The notes under the pieces are model-generated. The model did not search any database and had not been told where the DNA came from. It was given only the letters and a program-made list of their open reading frames with translations. This document shows, one piece after another, positions 7,912 to 20,047 of a stretch of DNA of 32,125 nt (within the stretch, counting starts at the first letter, position 1; each line of letters opens with the position of its first letter). The position numbers were made by a program, and so were the translations under genes. Location of the stretch: IMG/VR virus record IMGVR_UViG_2703718850_000013; one strand, given 5' to 3'. The stretch comes from a virus. Taxonomy: Duplodnaviria; Heunggongvirae; Uroviricota; Caudoviricetes.

Positions 7912-8415
7912 TTATTCCTTGTCAATATTATACTTAGTAAAGCCTTGGTTAACATCTCTTTGAGTTTTCTCATAAGCCCACCGAGGAATATTTGGCGAAC
8001 TTGAATTAAGTTGATTGCGTCGATCAGAGTAACTCGTAAGTTTTTCAATCAAAGTTTTATCAGTAAAATCAAAATTAGAAGTCAATATTTCCCTAAATAT
8101 TCTAACTTCATTCTTTAATTTATTATATTCATTTGCTGCTGATTTATGAAGTGCAGCACGCTTACTTGGGTTAAGAGACGTATTTAATGCAGTTAGAATT
8201 GTAGCAGTTATGGAAATAGCTACAACAGCATTGGCTGTACTCTTGATTGCGGCAATACCACTCAAAGCGGTTAAGATTGCTAATGGTACACCGAACCACA
8301 GATTCAGCTTATCCCATCTATCAGAAACATTATAATGAGATTTAGAAGAGTACAGAGCGTCCTCTTCTATACGATGACACTCAGAAATGACTGTTTGGAT
8401 GAGCTTCTGATTCAT
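7912..8415 (-). CDS. 2TM membrane protein, SLATT-like effector candidate (start re-chosen)
   Basis: About 40-aa N-terminal region, two TM helices (LWFGVPLAILTALSGIAAI; AVVAISITATILTAL), helical C-terminal region; tightly coupled to the nucleotidyltransferase gene. ATG at 8413-8415 has a GGAG SD; the track start is a GTG two codons upstream. Confidence 0.55.
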   Translation of the reverse strand: MNQKLIQTVISECHRIEEDALYSSKSHYNVSDRWDKLNLWFGVPLAILTALSGIAAIKSTANAVVAISITATILTALNTSLNPSKRAALHKSAANEYNKLKNEVRIFREILTSNFDFTDKTLIEKLTSYSDRRNQLNSSSPNIPRWAYEKTQRDVNQGFTKYNIDKE

Positions 8416-8579
8416 AAACACTCCAACAAATCCGATTCCCTAACAGTATAACATGGTAGGGTTAATAAATACTATAGGTACTTCCCTCTGAATAGACACA
8501 ATCGGGAAGTTTCGCCGCGAACTATTTTTTTTGCATATTAAATATTTTAAATAACACAAACAAAACCTGGATAAACAAA

Positions 8580-9101
8580 TTGAACGATAGATATACAACA
8601 AACGAAATTGCAGAACGTATGGGAGTTAATGACAGTACTGTAAGCCGTGAATGGGCAAAACGTGGAATGCCACACCCAAAGAAAGCAAGTAAAAAAGAAA
8701 TAGATCAATGGATACTAATTAATATTATCCAACCATTGCGAAATACTGATGTAAAAGAACAGATTGAAAAAGAGAAATTACGCAAGATATCACTTGAAGC
8801 AGATTTAGTTGAGATTGAATTAAATATCAGTACTGAAAAGGTATTGAGTACTGATTATGTAACTCAAACACTAACTGGTTATTTTGCAGCACTACGCGGA
8901 GTACTAAGAAGTATTCCGGCATCTATCTATGTAGAACTATTTGAAAGTGAAGATGCGGATACATTGCGGATAAAACTAGAAGAAAGGATTGATGAGAAAC
9001 TAAGGGAATTAGGATCATATGAGTACGAAGAACAGCCAGAAGAAGATGATGAAGATTCTGAACCAGAGTCTGAAATCAATATTACCCCCACCGAAGATTA
9101 A
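8580..9101 (+). CDS. terminase small subunit, lambda Nu1-like
   Basis: N-terminal HTH TNEIAERMGVNDSTVSREWAKRGMP resembles Nu1 (…IRTIQNWQEQGMP) and EKEKLRK resembles Nu1 ENEKLRR; acidic C-terminus. Track start is TTG with no clear SD, so the true start is uncertain. Confidence 0.6.
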   Translation: MNDRYTTNEIAERMGVNDSTVSREWAKRGMPHPKKASKKEIDQWILINIIQPLRNTDVKEQIEKEKLRKISLEADLVEIELNISTEKVLSTDYVTQTLTGYFAALRGVLRSIPASIYVELFESEDADTLRIKLEERIDEKLRELGSYEYEEQPEEDDEDSEPESEINITPTED

Positions 9102-10938
9102 ACCATCTGAATGGTGTGAACAATATACTGTATTTCCAGATGGACCACTGGCACAACAAAAAACTAAATTATTTTCATTTCAAGTAGAACCCCTAAACGC
9201 CACAGTAGATCCATCAGTACAGAAGATCTGTTTAATGAGTAGTGCACAATTACTCAAGACAACAATACTACAAAATGCAATGCTTTACAGGATGGCAAAT
9301 AAACCCTCCCATATGATATTTGCGGGTAGTAGTGGTAGTACTGTGAAAAAGTTCCGTACTGGTAAATGGATGGATACTATTAATGCGTGTCCAAACCTTC
9401 AAGCATTAATCACTGACAAATCAGATAAGAATGCAGTAAACGATCTACACACTCAACAGAACGTTGACGGTACTAAGACATACTTTGTTAACCTCAATTC
9501 TAGCCAGTCCCTACGCTCGCTTACAGTTCCTGCAATCTTCATTGATGAATTATCAGGTGTAGATCCAGAACAAGATGAGGGCAACCCCCTATCACTCATA
9601 GAACAGCGTGCAACTCAGTTTGGTAAGAACTCCCTGATCGTGATGGCCTCCACACCATTAGTACAGGACGATATGATCTGCCAGCAATGGGAACTCTCAG
9701 ACCAGAGACATTTTCATGTCGTGTGTCCACATTGTGATCATGACCATATTTTAGAATGGGAGAATATAAAGTTTGAATGGGTGAAGTTCAACGAACGACG
9801 TAATGCACCAGAACCCACTACAGCACGCCTACACTGTCCAGGATGTGATGAAGTAATCACTGAAGGGCAACGTGCACGGATGGTTGCAAAAGGTTACTGG
9901 AAAGCACACAGACTGCATGTGATGGGTTTCAGGGGATACCATGTTAATAGACTATATTCACCGATTACTACTATTGAGAAGATTGTTGAAGACTTTAAGA
10001 ACTCATGGATAAACTTTGAAGAACAATCTTTCTATAATAACGTACTCGGTTTACCGTGGGTAGATAAGAATAATATTAAAGAAGATCTTACAGTACTGGA
10101 AAACTTACGCGACTTTGATTTAGATGTAAAACATATTCCAGATAATGCACTTGGTATTGTACTGGCATGTGACCAACAGATAGACCGCTTAGAATGTAGT
10201 ACTATTGCATTTGATGAAAAGAATATATGGGTTCTGGACCACCGTATGTTTTATGGTGTCGATTGTACTAAGTATGAAGATAAGGCATATACTGAACTAC
10301 TTAATTATAGTAAGAGTATATTTAAAACCACTTCAGGTAGAAAAGTACCAGTACTGAGATCCTTTATTGATAGCTCAAACGGATCTGCAACCAGTTCCAT
10401 ATATCGCTTTTGTTCTTCCAGTGGGGGACGATGGCATGCAATTAAGGGTGCAAACACACAGACTGGTCCCATCACGAAGGATTCCACAACGGCAGGACAT
10501 CAACTGGTTAATATTAATACTCAAGTACTGAAGCACCAGGTTAAGAAGTTATTACGACAGGCATGTGAAGGGGGAGAGTATAGTACTAATATACACTTCA
10601 GTCATTCCCTTGTCGATGATTACTTCCTCCAACTTACAGCAGAAAAACTAGTACGAAAAGGTTCAGTGATGGTATGGGAGAATCCAAATGGAGAGCGTAA
10701 CGAATGTCTCGATACGCTCGTCTACTCATTAGCAGCGATTGATCACAAGATACAGGCACTTGGTGCACAACCGTATAGGAAGTTGCGAGAGTATAGAGCT
10801 AAACAAAAAGAACTAAATACTAAAGTAGAAGAATCCATAAAAACTAAAGCAGAACAACAACCAGTACAGAAAGAGAAGCAGAAATCAAAACCTAAGAAAA
10901 AAGGACTTTCAGCACTTAATAATCGTAACTGGTTTTAA
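9019..10938 (+). CDS. terminase large subunit, GpA-like
   Basis: 639 aa, immediately after TerS, with cysteine/histidine clusters (CPHCDHDH; CPGCDE); AGGA SD before ATG 9019; overlaps TerS by 83 nt (alternative ATGs at 9046/9049). Confidence 0.8.
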   Translation: MSTKNSQKKMMKILNQSLKSILPPPKIKPSEWCEQYTVFPDGPLAQQKTKLFSFQVEPLNATVDPSVQKICLMSSAQLLKTTILQNAMLYRMANKPSHMIFAGSSGSTVKKFRTGKWMDTINACPNLQALITDKSDKNAVNDLHTQQNVDGTKTYFVNLNSSQSLRSLTVPAIFIDELSGVDPEQDEGNPLSLIEQRATQFGKNSLIVMASTPLVQDDMICQQWELSDQRHFHVVCPHCDHDHILEWENIKFEWVKFNERRNAPEPTTARLHCPGCDEVITEGQRARMVAKGYWKAHRLHVMGFRGYHVNRLYSPITTIEKIVEDFKNSWINFEEQSFYNNVLGLPWVDKNNIKEDLTVLENLRDFDLDVKHIPDNALGIVLACDQQIDRLECSTIAFDEKNIWVLDHRMFYGVDCTKYEDKAYTELLNYSKSIFKTTSGRKVPVLRSFIDSSNGSATSSIYRFCSSSGGRWHAIKGANTQTGPITKDSTTAGHQLVNINTQVLKHQVKKLLRQACEGGEYSTNIHFSHSLVDDYFLQLTAEKLVRKGSVMVWENPNGERNECLDTLVYSLAAIDHKIQALGAQPYRKLREYRAKQKELNTKVEESIKTKAEQQPVQKEKQKSKPKKKGLSALNNRNWF

Positions 10939-10950
10939 TAAGGAATTAAT

Positions 10951-11427
10951 ATGAATCCACGTAAGACGGACTTAACTAGCCCGATCTTTATTGGTGAAAC
11001 TATAGTACTAGACTTCCCATCAACAGCAACGATTAAAATCATTGATGCAAAAGGTAATGAGCAAGAATACTTTCCAAATTTACCCATTGATACATCTCAA
11101 TGGGTAGCTGGTGTCAGTACTGCAATTATTAGCGATGGTAGTATGTCTGTACAACTTTTCACTGTTAAAGATCCACTTGAAGCAGCAAATAAAATAAATC
11201 AGTTACAGGAATTGATCGATGAAATTGATATGGTTATTGAATCCAAGATTCTTGGGGGTGGTACTACACAACTTACCATTAATAATAAAACACTAGTAAC
11301 AGAAAGTGCTGAAGTACTTTACCGTATGCGACAAGTATATGCAAAGAAACTTGCAGATGAAAAGGCACGTGTACGAAAAGTTAAGACGGGCAACCCCATC
11401 AAATCAATTACACGTTTTACAAGATAA
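10951..11427 (+). CDS. hypothetical head protein (158 aa) between terminase and portal
   Basis: ORF in the position lambda gives to W; no motif recognised. Confidence 0.45.
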   Translation: MNPRKTDLTSPIFIGETIVLDFPSTATIKIIDAKGNEQEYFPNLPIDTSQWVAGVSTAIISDGSMSVQLFTVKDPLEAANKINQLQELIDEIDMVIESKILGGGTTQLTINNKTLVTESAEVLYRMRQVYAKKLADEKARVRKVKTGNPIKSITRFTR

Positions 11428-11436
11428 GAGGGGAAT

Positions 11437-12429
11437 ATGTTTAATTTTAATTTTAGAAAGGCAAAGGAACAGCCAAAAGAAGAACCAAAACTATATATTG
11501 GTAAGGCAAAAATACGTACTGAACCAGTACTTGGTAATTTAGGTATTGAAACCAAACGTTCCATTTCTTCCATCGGTAACGGTAACGCAGCCGCACAACT
11601 TGGTACATTTGGTGCAGTTGGTAAGAGTGGCTCGATCAATGCCGTAATTAACCGTGTATTGAACACGGCAGTACTACAAAGTCGCCAGCTTAGTATGAGT
11701 AACCCAATTCATAAGAAGTATATTGCACAGAATGCCAGTAGTGTATGTGGTGCAAATGGTATTACGTATCGTCCATGTGTTCACGTTGCTGAAGATGACA
11801 ATGTTAATAATGATATTAATAAACGTCTCGCCGATGCGTTCTACTCATGGTGTGAAGACCCCGCACGTTTTTCCCTAAATGGAAAACTTGAAATGTCCAA
11901 ATTCCAGTCACTGGTAGAGAAGACACGTTCAATTGATGGTAGTTGTTTTATTCGTATCCATCCTGGTATGAAGATTGAAGTACTAGACAGTACTGTAATT
12001 GATACGAAAGGTAATCAATGGCTAAGTAATGGTAACTATCGTTCAAATGGTATTGAGTTTGAAAAAGGCACTGGTAAACCCGTTGCTTACTTTCTAACAC
12101 AATATGACCCCGTATCGTACTCAGTTAGTACTGAAGCAGAACGTGTACCCGCAGAAGAGATCCTTCACTTATTCAGTACTGACTATCCAGAACAGCAACG
12201 CGGCATTCCCGATATATTTTGCGGTACTGGACTACTGGCAGACCTGGATAAATTCATGAGGGCGTCAATCAAGACGCGACAATTAGCAGCGGAAAGCATG
12301 GGTTTTATCACGAATGCGTCACGTGATGCATCATTTGAAGATATTGATGATGATGACGATTCTGATGTAGATGAATACCAGGTTGCACGTATGGAGGGTG
12401 GAGTACTGTTAGAACTTCGTGAGGGTTAA
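11437..12429 (+). CDS. portal protein, N-terminal segment (ends at an in-frame TAA)
   Basis: Position after TerL; weak resemblance to lambda gpB from memory; followed in the same frame by 12433..12948. Confidence 0.6.
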   Translation: MFNFNFRKAKEQPKEEPKLYIGKAKIRTEPVLGNLGIETKRSISSIGNGNAAAQLGTFGAVGKSGSINAVINRVLNTAVLQSRQLSMSNPIHKKYIAQNASSVCGANGITYRPCVHVAEDDNVNNDINKRLADAFYSWCEDPARFSLNGKLEMSKFQSLVEKTRSIDGSCFIRIHPGMKIEVLDSTVIDTKGNQWLSNGNYRSNGIEFEKGTGKPVAYFLTQYDPVSYSVSTEAERVPAEEILHLFSTDYPEQQRGIPDIFCGTGLLADLDKFMRASIKTRQLAAESMGFITNASRDASFEDIDDDDDSDVDEYQVARMEGGVLLELREG

Positions 12430-12898
12430 GATGTGAAGTCACTCAGTCCATCACAAACATTCGACGCACTACAGGAATTTCTAGATAACCAGTTGATTTT
12501 CATAGGGATGTCACTCGATCTTACACCACAGACGTTAACAGGTTCGACCGCAGGGGCATCATTCAGTGCCTCGAAGTTAACAGACAAAATTCAGCAAAAT
12601 ACATTTCTTGCAAAACAAAACAACCTGGTTAAGTCAGTACTTCAACCTTTGTATATTAAGTGGCTCAAGAATGAAATGCTAAATAACCCGATGTTGAAGG
12701 ATTTGCCATTTAGTAAATTTACTGAACTAACTGAATGTAATTTCATTCCACAACGTCATATTAGTCTAGACCCACTGAAAGATTTACAGACTGAGATTCT
12801 CGCAATGGAAAATGGATTAAAGAGTAAAGAACAAATAATTTCTGAGATGGGCTATTCACCAGTACTAACCCATGAGCAGATTACTAAGGAAGAAACAG

Positions 12899-15014
<2,116 letters not shown>

Positions 15015-15015
<1 letters not shown>

Positions 15016-15452
15016 TGCGAACTTCAGACTACACAATACGGAAATTTTTGATTAATAATCTCAGTACTTTGGTAAATCTTCAATATCAATCGAGAGCAAC
15101 GGTAGACGACAAACCAATGTTATACATCGGTGACAGTACTGTAACACGTTCACGCATTCAAAAAGCAAATACATTAATTAATGGTCAATTAATACCACGT
15201 GGGATTAATTATCTCTGTGAATTTAGAGTGGACTTTGTAGCAGTAGGCGAAAATTATAAACTTGCATCAGATGAAATTAGTAAAGTGATTGATGCAATCT
15301 ATGCAAGTGGTTTTATTAATGAATTGAACAAACTACTTCCAATGGATGTTTTCAATGTTGTTCTGGAAGAGAGCTTAATGACTACCCAGGCCGAAGCAAC
15401 TAATACGATGTATGTGCATACACAAACTATATCTTTTAGCTATGGGGAATAA
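15015..15452 (+). CDS. hypothetical neck / tail-terminator-like protein (145 aa)
   Basis: Position only. Confidence 0.4.
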
Positions 15453-15455
15453 TTT

Positions 15456-17138
15456 ATGGCTTTTATTACTAACAACACAAGTGTATGGATTAACACCGAC
15501 ACATTAAACAGTGACCCCAAATCGAAGGGATTTAAAGAAGTACCAGAATTAAGCGGGTTCCCTTCATTCGGTCACAGTACTGCAACCCTTGCTATTGAAA
15601 CATATGACTCTGAATACATCGAAAAAGTAGCAGGTGATAGCACATATGGTGATGTCACTATTACGGTTAACTGGGTTCCTGCTAAACATAAGTTTCTTGA
15701 TGACATCGTAAAAAGTCGCCAATTAGTACAAATGAAGGTAGAGATCCCCGATGAAGGACAGAATGACCTTACGGTTAACTATGCACTTTATAATGGTTAT
15801 CTGGCTTCTGTATCCACCAGTGGTGATTATGATTCTGTTACTTCCCGTTCCTACGTATTCACCCCAAACGAACAACTTTCTTCGGGTATTCTTGACAGTA
15901 CGATAGTCCCTCTAAATCGCGGAGACTGGGGCGTAGGTGCAAACGGTATTGAGTTTCCAAGTTATCAGGGGCGTGACGGTAATGCTTTTATTAAGATCCC
16001 TGGTGCAGGTTCACCAACAGGGACAGATGTACTCGGTATTAATAACCTTGATTCGAACTTTGGTACACAATTGGTTATCAGTAAGACAGGTACGCCAATA
16101 ATTAACGTGCGTAACTATGGTGCATCTATGGGGGCATGGTACAAGGTCTATACCAGTGCTGATAAACCTACACTGACAGAACTGGGTGCTGCATCAAGTG
16201 CATCCCTTGCAGACTACGTACCGATTACCCGTACTATCAATAGCAAACCACTAACTGCTAATATTACACTACTGGCTTCTGATATCGCTGATGTATACAG
16301 TAAGACGTATATAGATCAGAACGTAGTCCCAAAAGTATTCCAGTTAAACGGTCATGCACTATCCGGTACGGCATTAAACTTAGTTGCCGCAGATATTCTT
16401 GATGTGTATTCACAGACTCAGGTTGATACTTCATTTGTTAAAAAAACAACTACTGTTAACGGTTTAAGTCTTTCCCAGAATATAACACTGACAGCCGCAC
16501 AACTCCCAGATATGGCAAGTATTGTTTTTACTAATAACACATATGTACCAAAAACATACTTAATCAACAATAAGCCATTATCAGGAACTAACATTCAATT
16601 AGTTGCTGCTGATATTCCTGATGTGTACTCACGTACCCAGTCAAATGATCTATTTGCACTACGTATCACCACTATTAACGGGTATGCTCTTAACAGTAAT
16701 ATAGTACTGAATTTTGATGATGTAGGAACATATTCAAAGAAACAGATCGATGACAAAGACAAGGTTCTGAAGGAAGATATTGATACGAAGGTAACAATTG
16801 TAGATGATATTCTTAAACTAAATACCCTTGTAAATAATTCATTAGAAATAGATTTGAGTGATAGTAAAACTACATTCACCGTGACTCTATCACAACCAAC
16901 GTCAAACTTCTCTGTACTAAATGCAAGTGGTAATGACAAAAAGAGTCAAACATTTCAGGTGCTTATTAAGCAGGGTACAGGGGCAAATAAAATATCCTGG
17001 CCTACAAACATTTTATGGTCTTATGGGCGTGTTCCAGTATTAACCTTTACAAAAGATTCTACTGATGTATTTCAGTTTGTCACAGTAGACGGGGGTAGTA
17101 CTTGGTACGGCTCTCTACTAATGGCAGATATGAAATAA
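15456..17138 (+). CDS. tail-tube-domain protein with C-terminal tail-fibre-like tandem repeats
   Basis: N-terminal region (…ITVNWVP…YALYNGYLASVSTSGDYDSVTSRSYVFTPNE) is homologous to the 158-aa protein at 20048 (…LSVNWKPG…YSIVNGYISSDVVGGDFDAVATREFVMTITGE); the C-terminus carries about five 35-aa repeats (xNGxxLSxNIxLxAADIxDVYS…). Confidence 0.6.
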   Translation: MAFITNNTSVWINTDTLNSDPKSKGFKEVPELSGFPSFGHSTATLAIETYDSEYIEKVAGDSTYGDVTITVNWVPAKHKFLDDIVKSRQLVQMKVEIPDEGQNDLTVNYALYNGYLASVSTSGDYDSVTSRSYVFTPNEQLSSGILDSTIVPLNRGDWGVGANGIEFPSYQGRDGNAFIKIPGAGSPTGTDVLGINNLDSNFGTQLVISKTGTPIINVRNYGASMGAWYKVYTSADKPTLTELGAASSASLADYVPITRTINSKPLTANITLLASDIADVYSKTYIDQNVVPKVFQLNGHALSGTALNLVAADILDVYSQTQVDTSFVKKTTTVNGLSLSQNITLTAAQLPDMASIVFTNNTYVPKTYLINNKPLSGTNIQLVAADIPDVYSRTQSNDLFALRITTINGYALNSNIVLNFDDVGTYSKKQIDDKDKVLKEDIDTKVTIVDDILKLNTLVNNSLEIDLSDSKTTFTVTLSQPTSNFSVLNASGNDKKSQTFQVLIKQGTGANKISWPTNILWSYGRVPVLTFTKDSTDVFQFVTVDGGSTWYGSLLMADMK

Positions 17139-19996
17139 TGAAACCACACAATATAGATAATGCATATCAAATGATCGAAGGTCAGTTTAAGTTCTTGGCA
17201 CGTAATACTGGCCTTACAACAAATAATAAGACACAGCACTATGTATTAAACCCAGATAATGTACTTGCAAACAACCGTCACTTTATTGCAGAAACTGGAT
17301 GGGAGGCACAGCCGGAAGGTGATGCAACTACAGAAGGTCAAAGCCTCCAGATTCTGGGGGCAATATATGTGTATCAGGCAACTAAAGACCCTTTCTATCT
17401 ACAGAAGGCAAAAGAGTACTTTAACGCATATCACAAGGCGTTCTATCGTGGTGCACCATTTCCAGATCCACCGAGTTCATCACTACGCTGTAATTGGATT
17501 TGTAATGGGAAGGCTCCAGTACTGGCACACTACCCATTAGATCCAGAATATCCGACGCATGGCGGTTTTAAAGGGACACTATTCACATGGGCTAATGGCC
17601 TTACAAAGATCCCACATGGTGCACCACACTGGGGTGAATACCTCGATGCAGTATGGTTTGCCTTCCCTAAGCGTGCGGGACTTGGCTGGAATCAGGTTAA
17701 CGCAACTGCTTATCTGTGGCTTGCCAATGAAGACTCAATAGACTGGGACACTAAAGCACCAACCTATGACGTCGAATGGATCATTGATCGTACCGGACGT
17801 AAGGTAGACTCAAACGGCACTGTACTGCAATCCGGTCTAACTGGTCAGGAAGGTACAGTACAGTTAAAGAATAAAACCATTACTGGTGAATATCGTTTTA
17901 ACTATGCAACCCGAAACCCTGTAGAACATGGCGGGTATATGTTCAAGCGTAATGAACGCTGGCATAACCGACCTGTACACGTACCGATTGATAACTATGG
18001 TTCTTTGGACTTCTCTGATAATGCATCAGATGCCGAATTATGGTTTTGTCAGGCAGCCAAGCTACTTTGGGATATTACAGGAGAACGCCAGTATTATCTT
18101 GCGTGGCAATGTGCACTATTAACCTGTTATGGATATTCAGATATTGACAAGTACGATATGTTCTTTCGTAAATCTACTATTGCCGTAACACCTTTTACTG
18201 ATGGTATTTCATACGACTACTTCTACCCAAGTGAGCAAGTAGCATCATATTCCCGTGATGCACAGGGTTATATTGTAATAAATCAAAGTGCATCCGCACA
18301 GACGATGTTAGAACAACAATCAATCTGGTTTAAATTCAATAATAACTCAAAGTTTCATATTGAATATGGTGGTGTTGATAATACCAGTACTGCAATGTCA
18401 GTTTCTGCTGAAGTCACAGTGAATAAAACAAAAACAGAAGAAGGTGCAATTGATTATCGGTGTGGTCTACCAATGACTAATCCAGATGGCTCTATCACTA
18501 CAATGGACATTCCTATGAATCGTTTTACACGTGTAATGAAACCAGATGGCTCTAATTATATGACTGCTGATCTACGTATGATCGCCGATTATGGAGATAA
18601 CACGGTAACAAACTTTGAATATCAGAGTGGAGTACTTGGAAATTATTACGATAACGTCGTGTCTACAACAATGGATGGTGACGGGGGACAGGTGGTGGGG
18701 TTTTGGATATTCACACCAGAGACTGCCAATATTCAATCTTTTACCTATCGTTCATATGATGATGATTTTAACTTTCGTATAAGTGATGATAATAAATGGC
18801 GTTGGTGGGCTATGCTCCCTGCAACAAATGGTGAATGGGTTACAAAGACTTTTACTATTGCTGACTTCAAACTAAACGGTTATCAACCCGATCACCCCGA
18901 AATTGAAGATCCAGATAACCCAGGAGAATGGATTCAACCTGATCCTATTCCCGCAAGCCCAGTACTAACGAACCGTGAATCTTTCACACTGCTACTTGAT
19001 GCAGATCCAGTAAATGGTGTGAATGGGAAGATTGACTGGTATTGTATTAATGATTTGCCTGCGATGTATACAGATGGTGGGACAGGTGATTATTCGGTCA
19101 CAGTACTGCTTACGTTTAACGACACAACTGGTAATGGTTACACAGCCCGTTTAGGTGACTGTACTATTAAGGATTATATGCTAGATAGTCTTGCGTATAC
19201 TCCGGGTTTAATTCCGTTCTCTAACATTACCGATCCCTATGCCCAGTTATATTCTGGGTGGCGTGGTCTACCGTATCCGGGTTATCAACTACCGGCGATC
19301 TGGTGCTTTAAAGGAACAGAAATAGATCATACTCGCTTAAATAACAGTATCAATTTTCTATATGATTCTCAGGCATGGTTTACAAATAAATTTAAACCAT
19401 CATTACCAGGACCATGTGCACAGGCTTTCGTATGGAACAGACAGGACGCTTTAGCATATGCCCCTGATGGTAAGCCAGATCAATTCATAATGCAGCACTG
19501 GTACGCCGAAGCATGGAGTGGATACGAACCAAGGGCTTTCTTTGGTGGGTGTGATGCAGTACATGAATTATGGTCACGACAAGACAGTACTGTAATACCT
19601 CCTAAACTAATATCTTTCTGCCAGAACTGGATGAACTATCTAAAATGGTTCATGAAAAATAATGGCGGTAAAGCTCCTACCTATTTTAGGGATAATGGTT
19701 CTGTAGAATATGATGGCTTTACCCCTCATATGTCCGGTCTATGGTTAGCAGGGGCATGTATGATGGCTATCGCCGGATATCCAGATCATGAGCTAATTCA
19801 ATTACTATTTGATGAAATACAACTTAACTATGCAGTTATTTCACCAAATCATGTAATGAATGGTACATGGCCTGCGTCAATCAGAACAGGTAATGAAACA
19901 ACTGCCGAAAACAATAGTATGTTCTTTGGTTTCTATTCGGGTGAACTTTTACGCGGATTGGGGCTATATGTGCATTACTACAATCTTCATAAATAA
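17138..19996 (+). CDS. large virion-associated protein (953 aa), possible carbohydrate-active tailspike or depolymerase
   Basis: TAATG overlap with the upstream gene (track start 17102 is TTG); aromatic-rich (many W/Y); no catalytic motif identified. Confidence 0.5.
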   Translation: MKPHNIDNAYQMIEGQFKFLARNTGLTTNNKTQHYVLNPDNVLANNRHFIAETGWEAQPEGDATTEGQSLQILGAIYVYQATKDPFYLQKAKEYFNAYHKAFYRGAPFPDPPSSSLRCNWICNGKAPVLAHYPLDPEYPTHGGFKGTLFTWANGLTKIPHGAPHWGEYLDAVWFAFPKRAGLGWNQVNATAYLWLANEDSIDWDTKAPTYDVEWIIDRTGRKVDSNGTVLQSGLTGQEGTVQLKNKTITGEYRFNYATRNPVEHGGYMFKRNERWHNRPVHVPIDNYGSLDFSDNASDAELWFCQAAKLLWDITGERQYYLAWQCALLTCYGYSDIDKYDMFFRKSTIAVTPFTDGISYDYFYPSEQVASYSRDAQGYIVINQSASAQTMLEQQSIWFKFNNNSKFHIEYGGVDNTSTAMSVSAEVTVNKTKTEEGAIDYRCGLPMTNPDGSITTMDIPMNRFTRVMKPDGSNYMTADLRMIADYGDNTVTNFEYQSGVLGNYYDNVVSTTMDGDGGQVVGFWIFTPETANIQSFTYRSYDDDFNFRISDDNKWRWWAMLPATNGEWVTKTFTIADFKLNGYQPDHPEIEDPDNPGEWIQPDPIPASPVLTNRESFTLLLDADPVNGVNGKIDWYCINDLPAMYTDGGTGDYSVTVLLTFNDTTGNGYTARLGDCTIKDYMLDSLAYTPGLIPFSNITDPYAQLYSGWRGLPYPGYQLPAIWCFKGTEIDHTRLNNSINFLYDSQAWFTNKFKPSLPGPCAQAFVWNRQDALAYAPDGKPDQFIMQHWYAEAWSGYEPRAFFGGCDAVHELWSRQDSTVIPPKLISFCQNWMNYLKWFMKNNGGKAPTYFRDNGSVEYDGFTPHMSGLWLAGACMMAIAGYPDHELIQLLFDEIQLNYAVISPNHVMNGTWPASIRTGNETTAENNSMFFGFYSGELLRGLGLYVHYYNLHK

Positions 19997-20007
19997 AAAA
20001 AGGAAAC

Positions 20008-20026
20008 GGGTAACAGGACGTTACCC
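20008..20026 (+). terminator. stem-loop GGGTAAC-AGGAC-GTTACCC just upstream of the major tail gene
   Basis: 7-bp perfect stem, 5-nt loop, A-rich before and AT-rich after; may be an attenuator or RNA stability element. Confidence 0.35.
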
Positions 20027-20047
20027 TAATTAAATAAGGAAATTAAA

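Noticed and set aside
8480-8530. Rho-independent terminator between the 2TM gene and TerS
   Set aside because: The T8 run at 8523-8530 is preceded only by a weak imperfect stem, and no plus-strand gene ends upstream; treated instead as part of the candidate cos region.
11306-11666. ORFs 11306..11542 (+) and 11319..11666 (-) around the portal start
   Set aside because: They overlap the co-linear structural genes and have no independent support.
17259-18122. Small plus-strand ORFs 17259..17540, 17559..17741 and 17928..18122
   Set aside because: They are alternative-frame ORFs inside the 953-aa gene.
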